Shown: one piece after another, positions 31,243 through 41,388 of the stretch | Position numbering within the stretch: position 1 is the stretch's first letter | How the letters are laid out: every line of letters begins with the position of its first letter | Assembly: GCA_029979505.1 (NCBI GenBank) | Contig: JAPOHH010000003.1 | Coordinates: forward strand, 8,635 to 72,634 | DNA length: 64,000 nucleotides | Source of the DNA: a bacterium | GTDB taxonomy: Bacteria; Pseudomonadota; Gammaproteobacteria; GCA-002705445; GCA-002716945 | Direction: 5' to 3' | The notes under the pieces: model-generated | Told to the model about the DNA's origin: nothing | Databases searched by the model: none | What the model saw: the letters and a program-made list of their open reading frames with translations, nothing else | Translations under genes and position numbers: made by a program

Positions 31243-32231
31243 TATGAAACCCTCTTATTTTCTTGATAGTATTTATCTTCAAACTCTATCATTCTATTTA
31301 TAGATTTTTTTGCATATCTAATTACTGTTTTATCCAATAATAATTCATTATTTCCATTAAATATATTAATTAGTTTTTTATAATTATTTAGATTCATCCA
31401 TGGGCATCTGCCGCAGCTTTTACATGTAGCTCCTTCTCCCTCAGTTGGTGCTTCAAAAAAGTTTTTCTCAGGGGACAGTTTTTTCATTTGATAAAAAATA
31501 TTTTTTTCAGTAGCCACAATAATATTTTTTGATTTACTATTTTTTGATGCATTTATAAGTTTAGTTGTTGAGCCTACAACATCTGCTAATTGTATTATGC
31601 TTCTAGGAGATTCTGGATGCACTAAAACATCGCAGTCACCTAAACTAGAAATTAGTTTTTTTAATTCTATAGTTTTGTATTCTTCATGGACTATACATGC
31701 TCCATCCCAAATTTTCATATCTATACCTGTCTGATCTTGAATGTAAGCACCGAGATATTTATCTGGAGCCCAGATTATTTTCTTATTTTTACTTGCTAAG
31801 TTTTCAACAAGAGGAATAGCAATACTCGAAGTTACAACCCAATCTGAAATGGCTTTAATTTCGGCATTTGTGTTTGCATATACAACAATTTCTCTGTCAG
31901 GATATGAGTTACAGAAATTCTGAAAAGCATCGATTTGACAACTCTCATCAAGTGAACATGTAGCTTCTTTGTCAATTACATAAATATTTTTTTCAGGGTT
32001 AAGAATTTTTGCAGTTTCTCCCATAAACTTAACACCTGCAATTATAAGTTTACTTTCTTTTTGTTGAGTACCAAATTTAGCCATTTGAAGTGAATCAGCA
32101 ACACAACCTCCAGTATCCTCTGCAAGTTTTTGCAAATCCTGATCTACGTAGTAATGAGCGATGAGCTTCGCATCATTTTGTTTGAGAAAGTTTTTAACAA
32201 TCTTAAGTTTTTCAGAGTATTGTATGTCCAT
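31242..32231 (-). CDS. nadA: Quinolinate synthase
   Basis: AHYY, DSL, FMGETAKIL, CSL, YAN, CIVH, HPE, GSTT, CPWM. Confidence 0.97.
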   Translation of the reverse strand: MDIQYSEKLKIVKNFLKQNDAKLIAHYYVDQDLQKLAEDTGGCVADSLQMAKFGTQQKESKLIIAGVKFMGETAKILNPEKNIYVIDKEATCSLDESCQIDAFQNFCNSYPDREIVVYANTNAEIKAISDWVVTSSIAIPLVENLASKNKKIIWAPDKYLGAYIQDQTGIDMKIWDGACIVHEEYKTIELKKLISSLGDCDVLVHPESPRSIIQLADVVGSTTKLINASKNSKSKNIIVATEKNIFYQMKKLSPEKNFFEAPTEGEGATCKSCGRCPWMNLNNYKKLINIFNGNNELLLDKTVIRYAKKSINRMIEFEDKYYQENKRVS

Positions 32232-33991
32232 TACTTAATTTTATTTGTTTTTATACTCAATTCTCTAAGTTGAGAAGCATTTATTTCAGTAGGAGCATCT
32301 GTTAATAGACAAGCAGATGATTGCGTCTTAGGAAAAGCAATAGTGTCTCTTATTGATGGGAGATTCATGAGTATCATAACAAGCCTGTCTAGACCGAATG
32401 CTATGCCTGCATGCGGAGGACATCCATATTCAAGCGCCTTTAAAAAGAAACCAAATTTGTTCTCAATTTCTTCATCAGACAATCCTAACGCTTTAAATAC
32501 ACTTAGCTGGAGTGATTTCTTATGTATACGAACAGAACCGCCTCCGATTTCATTACCATTTAGAGTTAAATCATATGCTCTAGATAATGTTTTGTCAGTG
32601 AATTCATCCGTATGACCTTCTGATGGTGATGTGAATGGATGATGAAGAGATGTAAGCTGCTGTGTGTTGTTATCATACTCAAACATTGGATAATCAACTA
32701 TCCATAAAAACTTATAGCCATCCTCAATGATATCTAAATCTTTACCAAGATTATGAATTAATGCAGACATCGAGCTATTAACAATATCTGATGTATCCGC
32801 AGAAAAGAAAATCAAATCACCATTGTTCGCATTTACAACATTTAATATGTCTTTTATTTCTTCTTTATTAAGAAATTTTTTAATGGGTGAACTAATTCCA
32901 TTATCAATATTATTGATATCATCAATTTTAAAATACGCAAGACCTTTTGCGCCAAAGCTTTTAACAAGCTCTGTGTATTTGTCGATATTTTTTCTACTCA
33001 TCGTGCTGCCGTTAGGTACATTTAGTGCAACAATTCTTGTTTTTTCATTATTGATACAATCTTTGAAAACTTTAAATTCTGTATTTATAAGTAGATTCTT
33101 TATATCTTTCAATTCAAGTGGATTTCTTAAATCAGGTTTGTCACAACCATATTTTTCCATTGAATCTTTATAAGTAATTTTTGGAAATTCTAAATTAGCA
33201 TTTTTATCAACCAATGAAGAAAAAATACTTTTCATTAACGACTCAGTTAAATTAATAATGTCATCCTCATCACAAAAAGAACACTCTATATCAAGTTGTG
33301 TGAATTCAGGTTGACGATCCGCTCTAAGATCTTCATCGCGGAAGCATTTTGCAATTTGAAAATACTTATCCATACCAGCAATCATTAATAATTGTTTAAA
33401 CAGCTGAGGTGATTGTGGTAGTGCAAAAAAGTTCGTTTTATGTACTCGACTTGGTACAAGATAATCTCGGGCACCCTCCGGAGTAGGCTTTGTTAATACT
33501 GGAGTTTCAATTTCATTAAAATCATTATCAGACAGATGGTTTCGAATACTATTGTAAAGTTTAGACCTGAATCTGAGGTTATCTTGCATCTTTGCACCTC
33601 GTAAATCAATATACCTATATTGAAGTCTGAGATCTTCGTTCGTTTTTTCATCATTAATTTTGAACGGTGGAGTTTTTGAGGTGTTTAGAATTAGTAATTG
33701 CTCAGCGATTAATTCAATCTCCCCAGTCTTCATATCGCTATTTATAGTTCCTTCTAATCTTTTGTTTATAGTTCCGGTAATTTCTAGTACATATTCTGAT
33801 CTAAGGCTTTGAGCCATATCAAATATTTTCTCAGCATCAGGGTTAAAAACAATTTGAAGAATGCCAGTATGATCTCTCAAATCAATAAAGATAACTCCTC
33901 CATGGTCTCTCCTAGTATTAACCCATCCTTTTACTTTTAGGATCTCATTGATATTTTCGTTATCAATCTGCCCGCAATAAGTTCTTTTCAT
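32231..33991 (-). CDS. aspS: Aspartate--tRNA ligase, probably non-discriminating (Asp/Asn)
   Basis: RRDHGG (His typical of non-discriminating enzymes), PEGARDY, RQPEFTQLD, PPHAGIAFGLDR. Confidence 0.98.
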   Translation of the reverse strand: MKRTYCGQIDNENINEILKVKGWVNTRRDHGGVIFIDLRDHTGILQIVFNPDAEKIFDMAQSLRSEYVLEITGTINKRLEGTINSDMKTGEIELIAEQLLILNTSKTPPFKINDEKTNEDLRLQYRYIDLRGAKMQDNLRFRSKLYNSIRNHLSDNDFNEIETPVLTKPTPEGARDYLVPSRVHKTNFFALPQSPQLFKQLLMIAGMDKYFQIAKCFRDEDLRADRQPEFTQLDIECSFCDEDDIINLTESLMKSIFSSLVDKNANLEFPKITYKDSMEKYGCDKPDLRNPLELKDIKNLLINTEFKVFKDCINNEKTRIVALNVPNGSTMSRKNIDKYTELVKSFGAKGLAYFKIDDINNIDNGISSPIKKFLNKEEIKDILNVVNANNGDLIFFSADTSDIVNSSMSALIHNLGKDLDIIEDGYKFLWIVDYPMFEYDNNTQQLTSLHHPFTSPSEGHTDEFTDKTLSRAYDLTLNGNEIGGGSVRIHKKSLQLSVFKALGLSDEEIENKFGFFLKALEYGCPPHAGIAFGLDRLVMILMNLPSIRDTIAFPKTQSSACLLTDAPTEINASQLRELSIKTNKIK

Positions 33992-33992
33992 T

Positions 33993-34205
33993 CTATGAAT
34001 CCGTTTTTTTTGTATGAGTTTTTTTTGTTTTAAAGTCAGTTTCGTACCAACCGGAGCCCTTTAGTCTAAAGCCTGATGAAGATACAAGCCTATGAACGCT
34101 CCCTTTTTCATCACACCTACATATAGTAAGCTTTTTATCAGATATTTTTTGGATTACTTCAAAAACTTTTCCGCAATCATCACATTTATATTCGTATATA
34201 GGCAT
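33993..34205 (-). CDS. FmdB family zinc-ribbon protein
   Basis: MPIYEYKCDDCG, FRLKGSGWYETDF; typical position upstream of aspS. Confidence 0.93.
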   Translation of the reverse strand: MPIYEYKCDDCGKVFEVIQKISDKKLTICRCDEKGSVHRLVSSSGFRLKGSGWYETDFKTKKTHTKKTDS

Positions 34206-34301
34206 ATTTATTGATTTAAATCATTTAAGACACGATGATATTATACAAAAAAAATCTTCTTTTATCTCTTTTAAATTTAATGCTATAATGCCACAAATTT
34301 T

Positions 34302-34610
34302 ATGAAAGCCATACTCAAAAGCGTAACGTTAACAATCTTATTCTCTTCTTACGTCTATGCTACAGATGAGTATACTGGTAAAGAAAAAGCGGAAACATGC
34401 CTTGGATGCCATGCTATCGAGGGTTATAACAACACTTACCCAACATACAAAGTACCTAAATTAGGCGGCCAACATGCAGATTACATCGTTTCTGCGCTTA
34501 AAGCTTACCAGAAGGGTGACCGTAAACATGAAACAATGCATGCTAACGCGTCTGGATTATCTGATGAAGATATCCAAGATATTGCAAAATACTTTGAGTC
34601 AATTCAATGA
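34302..34610 (+). CDS. Cytochrome c (c553/c4-like, monoheme)
   Basis: Signal peptide, CLGCH, PKLGGQHADY, M..A..LSDEDI. Confidence 0.93.
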   Translation: MKAILKSVTLTILFSSYVYATDEYTGKEKAETCLGCHAIEGYNNTYPTYKVPKLGGQHADYIVSALKAYQKGDRKHETMHANASGLSDEDIQDIAKYFESIQ

Positions 34611-34933
34611 TGAAATATTTTCCAATTATATTACTAATTAGTATATTCAGCGATTTAGTAATTGCAGACAGTAGCTTTAATCGTGGTAAAGAAAAATCAG
34701 TCACATGCTCTGCGTGTCATGGATCAGATGGCAATAGTAATAATAAGATGTATCCAAGACTTGCTGGGCAATATAAAAACTATCTAATACATTCATTAAA
34801 AGCATATAAAAGCGGTTCCAGACAAAACGCTATAATGAGTGGGTTCGCGGCTGGGTTATCAGATCAAGATATAATAGATTTATCGACTTACTACTCAAAG
34901 CAGAAGGGTTTAAATATCATACCTAAAAATTAA
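34607..34933 (+). CDS. Cytochrome c (c553/c4-like, monoheme)
   Basis: Signal peptide, CSACHG, PRLAGQ, IM...AGLSDQDI. Confidence 0.93.
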   Translation: MMKYFPIILLISIFSDLVIADSSFNRGKEKSVTCSACHGSDGNSNNKMYPRLAGQYKNYLIHSLKAYKSGSRQNAIMSGFAAGLSDQDIIDLSTYYSKQKGLNIIPKN

Positions 34934-37900
34934 TTATCTTTCTCTATCAAAACATACAATGCAGGTATCAAATACAAAGTAATAAAAGAAGCTAAAGCTA
35001 TTCCTCCAAAAACTACCACGGCCATTGCAAAACGACTCTCTGCACCAGCACCTGAACTTAATATCAAAGGTATTGATCCCAGTAAAGTTGAAATTGTTGT
35101 CATAATGACAGGCCTAAACCTAATTATAGATGACTCTAATATAGCTTGTGATTTTTTCATACCCTCACTTTTGAGTTGATTAGCAAATTCTACAACCAAG
35201 ATACCATTCTTAGCAATCAATCCAATAAGCATCAAAAAACCTATTTGACTATAAACATTTAAAGAACCACCTGTAACAAACAAAGAGTATATACCTGCTG
35301 TCATTGTTATGGGGACAGTTAAAATAATAATTAATGGATTTCTGAAACTTTCAAACTGAGCAGCTAATACTAGATAAACAACTAAAACAGCAAGTAATAT
35401 TGTTAGTTCTAATTTGTAGCCAGTCTCAAAATACTCTTTTGATGCACCAGCAAAAGAAATTTTAGCATTAGAAGGAAGTATTTCTTCAGCTGACTTAGTT
35501 AAATCATTTAATATAGTACCCAATGATGCTCCGGGCGTCGTGGATGCCGATAAAGTTACCGATGGAAGACGATTAACTCGCTTTAAGCTTTTGCTAGTTG
35601 CCTCAATTGAATTACTAGTTAGGTTGCTAAGTGGGACTAGTTCATTGCTTATGTTTGATTTGATGAAAATATTATCCAAATTAGATTCATCTTTTAAGTA
35701 TTTATCATCGGCTTTAATTATTACATTATAAGTTAAGCCATCTTTAGAAAAACTTGTTACTTTGCGTGAGCCATATAATGCATCAAGGGTAATAGCAATA
35801 TCTTCAGCTGAAATTCCAAGATTTGATGCGGAATCCCTATTAATTTTGAGATTTATTCTTGGCTTGTCAACTTTATAGTCAATTCTTGCATTACGAAGAC
35901 CTATTTCATTAGAACTGTCTTGAATCAGCTGCCCCCATTCACCAACCTGTTCATAATTTGTTCCACTGATTACGAATCGTACTGGAGATTTAAAAGGACT
36001 TTGGCCTAAACTTGGAGGATTAATAGCGAAAATCATTGCACCTGGCATCGATATAAGTTTTGGGAATATTTCTCTAACGATTTCTTTTTGATGCCTAGAT
36101 CTACTTTCCCATGGTGTGAGAGATGCAAAAATAAAAGCCGAATTAACACTTCCTGGCTCGCCAGAAAATCCAGGAGCAACTATTGCAAATACAGTCTTAA
36201 TTTCACCACTATCCACATACTCAGATAAGATAGTTTCAACTTTATTTACCATATTATTTGTATACTCTATTGAAGAACCTTCTGGGGCATTTACTGAAAC
36301 AATAAATATACCTCTATCTTCCGATGGAGCAAGTTCTTTTGGAAGAAATTGGAATAATAAAACTGATATTAGTATAAAAACAATAGTAACAATATAAACT
36401 ATCTTTGGTTTTTTTTGTGACTGCATCAATGATTTATGATAGAAATCTTTGAACCTATAAAATACCTTTCTCTCTGATGAATTTGTGTTTTTTTCAAGAA
36501 GTTTAGAACACATCATTGGGGTAAGCGTCAGAGCTACAAAACTTGATATGATTACAGCAAAAGATAATACAACTCCGAACTCTATAAATAGTCTTCCTGT
36601 TTTACCTCCCATGAATGATAAAGGCAAAAATACACTTACTAGAACAAGTGTAGTTGCAATAACAACGAACGTAATTTGCTTTGCTCCGTTTATAGATGCT
36701 GAATAGTTATCTTCCCCACTTTCAATTTTTCTTTTAATGTTCTCCATCACAACTATTGAATCATCTACAATCAATCCTATTGCTAAAACTAGAGCTAAGA
36801 AAGTCAACACATTGAGAGAATAACCAAAAATATGAATAACAAAAAAAGTACCTATAATTGAAATTGGTATAGTAATCGCTGGAATTATTGTCGCAGTTTT
36901 AGATGATAAAAAATAATAGATAATAAGGATAACCAATATCATTGATACTGTAAGAGCAAATCTTATCTCACTGATAGATTCTCTTACAAATTTAGACTGA
37001 TCATATCCAATGGTCATATTTATATTTTCAGGAAGAGAGGGTTTAATTAGTTCAAGCTCGTTTTTTATATTATCAGTAACATCAAGAACATTAGATTTAG
37101 TTTGCCTAACAATTCCTAGGCCTATTGCACTTTTACCATTAGCTCTTAAAAATCCTCTGTCTGACTCAGGGCCAATTTCTATTTCTGCTACATCCGATAA
37201 TAATATTTTCGAGTCTCCGAAATGTTTTATAACAACATTGTTATACTCATTTAGTGTTCTTAATTTAGTATCAAGCTTAATACCAATTTCTCTTTGAATA
37301 GACTCAAAACGTCCTGCACCTCTTTCTATGTTTTCTCTCTTGATAGCATTTATAACTTCTACAACAGTTAAGCCTCTTGATGATATCTCCTCTGGATTCA
37401 TCCATACTCTCACAGAATATTTTCTTTCTCCTCCAATTGTTATCGAGGCAACGCCAGGCTGTATGGACAGCCTATCAACTACATTTCTATCTAAATAATC
37501 ATTAAGTTGAATATCTGTTAATGTGTCGCTAGAGAAACCAATCCACATTATCGCACGTGCATCTGAATCAGATTTAGCTATACGAGGATTATCAGCTTCT
37601 TCTGGTAGCAATGCAGCTACTCTAGAGACCTTATCTCTTACATCATTTGCTGCAGTGTCTAGATTTGTCTCTAGTGTAAATTCTATTCTTATTTTTGATA
37701 GTTCATCTCTACTTTCAGATGTAATTTCTCTGATACCAGAAATTCCTGAAAGAGAATCTTCTATAACTTCTGTAACATCTCTTTCAAGGATTTTTGATGA
37801 AGCTCCAGTATAGATTGTACTTACTGTTACTACAGGTCGATCAATATCTGGATATTCTCGGATTGTTAATTTATCGTATGATGCTAATCCAATTAAAATT

Positions 37901-37962
37901 ACAAAAAGACTTAAAACAGTAGCAAAGACAGGACGCTTAACAGTGACTTCTGAAATATGCAT
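34930..37962 (-). CDS. RND efflux transporter permease (AcrB/AcrD/AcrF family)
   Basis: RPVFA, YPDID.PVV, proton-relay motifs DDSIVVMEN, AKNGIL, RFRPVIMT; 1010 aa. Confidence 0.96.
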   Translation of the reverse strand: MHISEVTVKRPVFATVLSLFVILIGLASYDKLTIREYPDIDRPVVTVSTIYTGASSKILERDVTEVIEDSLSGISGIREITSESRDELSKIRIEFTLETNLDTAANDVRDKVSRVAALLPEEADNPRIAKSDSDARAIMWIGFSSDTLTDIQLNDYLDRNVVDRLSIQPGVASITIGGERKYSVRVWMNPEEISSRGLTVVEVINAIKRENIERGAGRFESIQREIGIKLDTKLRTLNEYNNVVIKHFGDSKILLSDVAEIEIGPESDRGFLRANGKSAIGLGIVRQTKSNVLDVTDNIKNELELIKPSLPENINMTIGYDQSKFVRESISEIRFALTVSMILVILIIYYFLSSKTATIIPAITIPISIIGTFFVIHIFGYSLNVLTFLALVLAIGLIVDDSIVVMENIKRKIESGEDNYSASINGAKQITFVVIATTLVLVSVFLPLSFMGGKTGRLFIEFGVVLSFAVIISSFVALTLTPMMCSKLLEKNTNSSERKVFYRFKDFYHKSLMQSQKKPKIVYIVTIVFILISVLLFQFLPKELAPSEDRGIFIVSVNAPEGSSIEYTNNMVNKVETILSEYVDSGEIKTVFAIVAPGFSGEPGSVNSAFIFASLTPWESRSRHQKEIVREIFPKLISMPGAMIFAINPPSLGQSPFKSPVRFVISGTNYEQVGEWGQLIQDSSNEIGLRNARIDYKVDKPRINLKINRDSASNLGISAEDIAITLDALYGSRKVTSFSKDGLTYNVIIKADDKYLKDESNLDNIFIKSNISNELVPLSNLTSNSIEATSKSLKRVNRLPSVTLSASTTPGASLGTILNDLTKSAEEILPSNAKISFAGASKEYFETGYKLELTILLAVLVVYLVLAAQFESFRNPLIIILTVPITMTAGIYSLFVTGGSLNVYSQIGFLMLIGLIAKNGILVVEFANQLKSEGMKKSQAILESSIIRFRPVIMTTISTLLGSIPLILSSGAGAESRFAMAVVVFGGIALASFITLYLIPALYVLIEKDN

Positions 37963-38867
37963 TAGTTATTTATAATTTTTATTTTAGACCCATCTTTGAG
38001 TTTTTCATGTCCGAGTGTAATTATAAGATTATTAGGTTTAATTCCATCAATGATTTGTGTTTTTCCATTATTCGTTATACCTAGAGATACTTTTTTAAGT
38101 TTTGCAATGCCGTTATCGGCAACAAACACGTAACTATAATCTTTTGCAGTTAGAATAGACTGCTCAGGAACAAGCATACTGTTTGAAATTTCATCAAGAA
38201 TAATATTTATATTCATCAATAGTCCCGGACGTAGGTTGTTATTTTTATTTTCTATAATGGCATAAGCTTTAATAGTACGTGTTTCTGTGTCAACCCTTTG
38301 GTCTAAGTTTGTTATGACACCTGAATATATTTGATTGGGGAAGAGTTTAGAGCTTGCAACATATTTAATTGATTTTTTTATTTGTGGAAGAATTTTTTCG
38401 GGTAAATATATGTATGCTTTCATATAAGACATATCATCAAGAGTAAGTAATAAATCTCCATTTTTTAATTTATCGCCTATTTTAAAATCTGTTATACCAA
38501 CGTAACCATCAAAAGGAGCTGTAATAACAATCTCTCCAACAGAATTGGTTGATAATATAGAAAAAAGACGTGTACCTTTTACAACTAATGAAGACTCATT
38601 AAAGAAAATATCATTAAGAATACCATCCGTTTTAGATGTAACGTTGTATGATTGTTTCGATTCTATCACTGACGTTGCTGGATAAATTCTATTAATAGTA
38701 TTAATTTCAACTTGTTCTGCATGCACTGATACAATCCTAGTTTTATTAGCAAATGATTTATAGAATTGTATTTTTGAATACAAACTAATAGCACCATACA
38801 ATAATCCTATAATAATCAATGCTCCAATTATTTGAAAAGGTTTAATTTCTTTAATTATATTTTTCAT
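37962..38867 (-). CDS. RND periplasmic adaptor (membrane fusion protein), hairpin-less
   Basis: N-terminal TM, lipoyl halves (V.KG..L and ITAPFDG) nearly adjacent, LRPG, VPEQSI, membrane-proximal domain. Confidence 0.9.
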   Translation of the reverse strand: MKNIIKEIKPFQIIGALIIIGLLYGAISLYSKIQFYKSFANKTRIVSVHAEQVEINTINRIYPATSVIESKQSYNVTSKTDGILNDIFFNESSLVVKGTRLFSILSTNSVGEIVITAPFDGYVGITDFKIGDKLKNGDLLLTLDDMSYMKAYIYLPEKILPQIKKSIKYVASSKLFPNQIYSGVITNLDQRVDTETRTIKAYAIIENKNNNLRPGLLMNINIILDEISNSMLVPEQSILTAKDYSYVFVADNGIAKLKKVSLGITNNGKTQIIDGIKPNNLIITLGHEKLKDGSKIKIINN

Positions 38868-39592
38868 GAATTATCGAACCATATTAATGATATAAATCGC
38901 CCTGTTGTTTTATCTCTTCTGTAAGAGAAAAATTGTTGATTATCGTAAGTACAAGCACATGATATTGTAACATCACTAATGCCTTGACGTGATAATATTT
39001 CGTTAGCTATATGTCTTAAGTCCATATTATATTTACCATTATTATTATAAGTAAAATACTTGGAATATTCTGGAAATAAATCGAAAATAGATTGATCAAC
39101 TTCATACCTGTTCTTGCTTATACTTGGGCCTATAAGGACTTTGAAATCAGATATATTAGAGTTTTGAAATTTTTTAAAAAAATTTTCAATTATTCCATTA
39201 GCAAGACCTTTCCAGCCAGCATGAATGCAACCTATAAAATTACCTACTTTATTAGTTATCAATATTGGTAAACAGTCTGCTGTGATGACAGCACAAGCTA
39301 TCGATTTATTGTATGTGAATAAAGAATCACTATTGATATAGTTTTTATAATCAACAAGCTCATGGACTATATTTGAGTGAGATTGATTCATCAATGCAAT
39401 ATTTTTAATTGAGAGTTGTTTCTGGAGATTCATTACATTTAGTTTTGTGAGGCTATTAGGATTATTATATGGATTTGAGAAATCATCAAATTTAAATAAC
39501 TTTTCACTTTTATACTTCTTAGTCGATGAAATAAAAAAGTTAATATTTTTAGGAATATTCCATAATTCTTTATGACATTTAATAATTGTCAT
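38864..39592 (-). CDS. pgeF: Peptidoglycan editing factor / purine nucleoside phosphorylase PgeF (YfiH)
   Basis: QSHS, TADCLP, HAGWKG, IGPSI, CT..FFSYRR...GR; follows rluD. Confidence 0.93.
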   Translation of the reverse strand: MTIIKCHKELWNIPKNINFFISSTKKYKSEKLFKFDDFSNPYNNPNSLTKLNVMNLQKQLSIKNIALMNQSHSNIVHELVDYKNYINSDSLFTYNKSIACAVITADCLPILITNKVGNFIGCIHAGWKGLANGIIENFFKKFQNSNISDFKVLIGPSISKNRYEVDQSIFDLFPEYSKYFTYNNNGKYNMDLRHIANEILSRQGISDVTISCACTYDNQQFFSYRRDKTTGRFISLIWFDNS

Positions 39593-40527
39593 ATTTTTTC
39601 TAGTTCGTTAAGTAATAATCTGTATTCTTTTGGATATGGTGCAGTATAGATTTTAATTTTATTTGTAGTAGGATCGGTAAAAGTTAGTGAATATGCATGT
39701 AAATACTGTTCAAATGATTTATTAAATTTATCTAAAACATTTGGATATTTATTGAATATATTACTTTTAAAGCCATACGTTGTATCGCCAATAACTGGTT
39801 TATTAATGAATGATAAATGAACCCTAATTTGATGTGTACGTCCAGTAACAAGTTCAATTTCAACATGAGATGTATTTTTATGTATAGATAATGGTTTAAT
39901 TTTTGATAAAGCATATCTTCCATTAGTATTTACTGTCATTTTTTTTCTGTTAACTGCATGTCTAGAAATTGGTTCCTCTAACGTAATTGGTTTATCTATT
40001 AGTCTTGTAACAATTGCATGATAAAGTTTAGTAATTTTACGATCATGCAGTTGTTTACTTAAGATGTTATGTGAGGTCAGTTTTTTACAGATAATCAATA
40101 GTCCAGAAGTATTTTTATCAAGTCGATGTATTATTCCAGTTCTTGGTACTGTCCTGAGCTCAGGATATTTAAAATAAAGGGCATTTTGAAGTGTTCCAGT
40201 GTAGTTCCCTGGTGCTATATGCGTTACCATGCCTGATTCTTTATTTACTATTATATAATCATCCGTTTCATCTATGATATCTATATCAATATCTTCTGGA
40301 ACTAAATCAATTACAGGTTGGAATCTAATATTAATAGACACATCGCAGCTAGATGAAATCTTATCTTTTTGTGAACATGGATTGCCATTTATGAGGACAT
40401 CATTATTAGATATCCATCTTTGTATTGTAGATCTAGAATACTCAGGAAAATGATTAGATAGTAGTTTATCAACTCGTTCTGGTTGATCTACATCAAGTCT
40501 AAAATCATAAATATTAGAATGTTTCAT
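39589..40527 (-). CDS. rluD: 23S rRNA pseudouridine synthase RluD
   Basis: S4 domain RVDK..SRS, HRLDKNTSG, TGRTHQIRVH, LHAYSL; start re-assigned to ATG 40527. Confidence 0.95.
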   Translation of the reverse strand: MKHSNIYDFRLDVDQPERVDKLLSNHFPEYSRSTIQRWISNNDVLINGNPCSQKDKISSSCDVSINIRFQPVIDLVPEDIDIDIIDETDDYIIVNKESGMVTHIAPGNYTGTLQNALYFKYPELRTVPRTGIIHRLDKNTSGLLIICKKLTSHNILSKQLHDRKITKLYHAIVTRLIDKPITLEEPISRHAVNRKKMTVNTNGRYALSKIKPLSIHKNTSHVEIELVTGRTHQIRVHLSFINKPVIGDTTYGFKSNIFNKYPNVLDKFNKSFEQYLHAYSLTFTDPTTNKIKIYTAPYPKEYRLLLNELEKI

Positions 40528-40544
40528 GATATAATAATATACTG
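40528..40544. promoter_or_regulatory. Putative bidirectional -10 promoter between rluD and bamD
   Basis: 17-bp spacer GATATAATAATATACTG between divergent ATGs; overlapping -10-like hexamers 6 nt from each ATG. Confidence 0.5.
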
Positions 40545-41387
40545 ATGAGAAAATATAATCTTTCATTTGTTCTAGTATTCTTGGTTTTAATACAAGGCTG
40601 TGCATTCTTAGAGTCTGCTAAAGTTGACCCGTATGAAAGTATGAATGAGGAAAATCTATATTCTCAAGGTGCAATATTTCTTGGAAATGGAGATATTCCT
40701 TCAGCAATAACTGTTTTTGAAACATTAGAGGCTAAATATCCTTTTTCAACATACTCTCAGCAATCAATTTTAGATTTGGCTTTTGCTTATTATGAATTTG
40801 GACAGAAAGATGACACTATTGCCGAGTGTGACCGCTTTATTGATCTTTATCCCAATCATCCTAATCTAGATTATGCGTATTACCTAAGAGCATTATCTAA
40901 TTTAGAAAAAGAACAGCCATTCTTTCAAGATATACTTGGACAAGATGTCTCAAAATATGATGTTTCTAGACTAAAAGATGCTTACAACGATTTTTTATTT
41001 ATAGTTAACAGATTTAGTTCTAGTAAATATGCAGATGATGCAAAGAATCGTCTTGTATTTTTAAGAGACAGTATGGCAAAACATGAAGTATACATAGCAG
41101 AGTATTACCTCAAGAGACAAGCTTATATAGCCTCTAGCGAGAGAGCTAAATATATGCTTGAGAAATATCCTGGATCACCTGCAACAGAAGATGCGCTATT
41201 AGTTTTGATAAAAAGTTATAATAATTTAGGCTTAACTGATTTAGCAAAAGTAACAGCTGAGATTCTCGTTAAGAACTTTCAAAACTACAGTTTCAAATTA
41301 GCAGATGATTCTAAAATTGTGGTTACTAATATAAATGAAAATAATTTAGAAACTGATAGTTCTTTTTTCAACCTAGATTTATTTTAG
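40545..41387 (+). CDS. bamD: Outer membrane protein assembly factor BamD
   Basis: Lipobox LIQGC, YPFS, RFIDLYPNHPN.DYAYY, HEVYIAEYY; divergent from rluD. Confidence 0.96.
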   Translation: MRKYNLSFVLVFLVLIQGCAFLESAKVDPYESMNEENLYSQGAIFLGNGDIPSAITVFETLEAKYPFSTYSQQSILDLAFAYYEFGQKDDTIAECDRFIDLYPNHPNLDYAYYLRALSNLEKEQPFFQDILGQDVSKYDVSRLKDAYNDFLFIVNRFSSSKYADDAKNRLVFLRDSMAKHEVYIAEYYLKRQAYIASSERAKYMLEKYPGSPATEDALLVLIKSYNNLGLTDLAKVTAEILVKNFQNYSFKLADDSKIVVTNINENNLETDSSFFNLDLF

Positions 41388-41388
41388 A

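Noticed and set aside
34302-34933. Two tandem monoheme cytochromes as a split or frameshifted diheme c4
   Set aside because: Each has its own signal peptide and start; tandem c553-like pairs are common in beta/gamma genomes.
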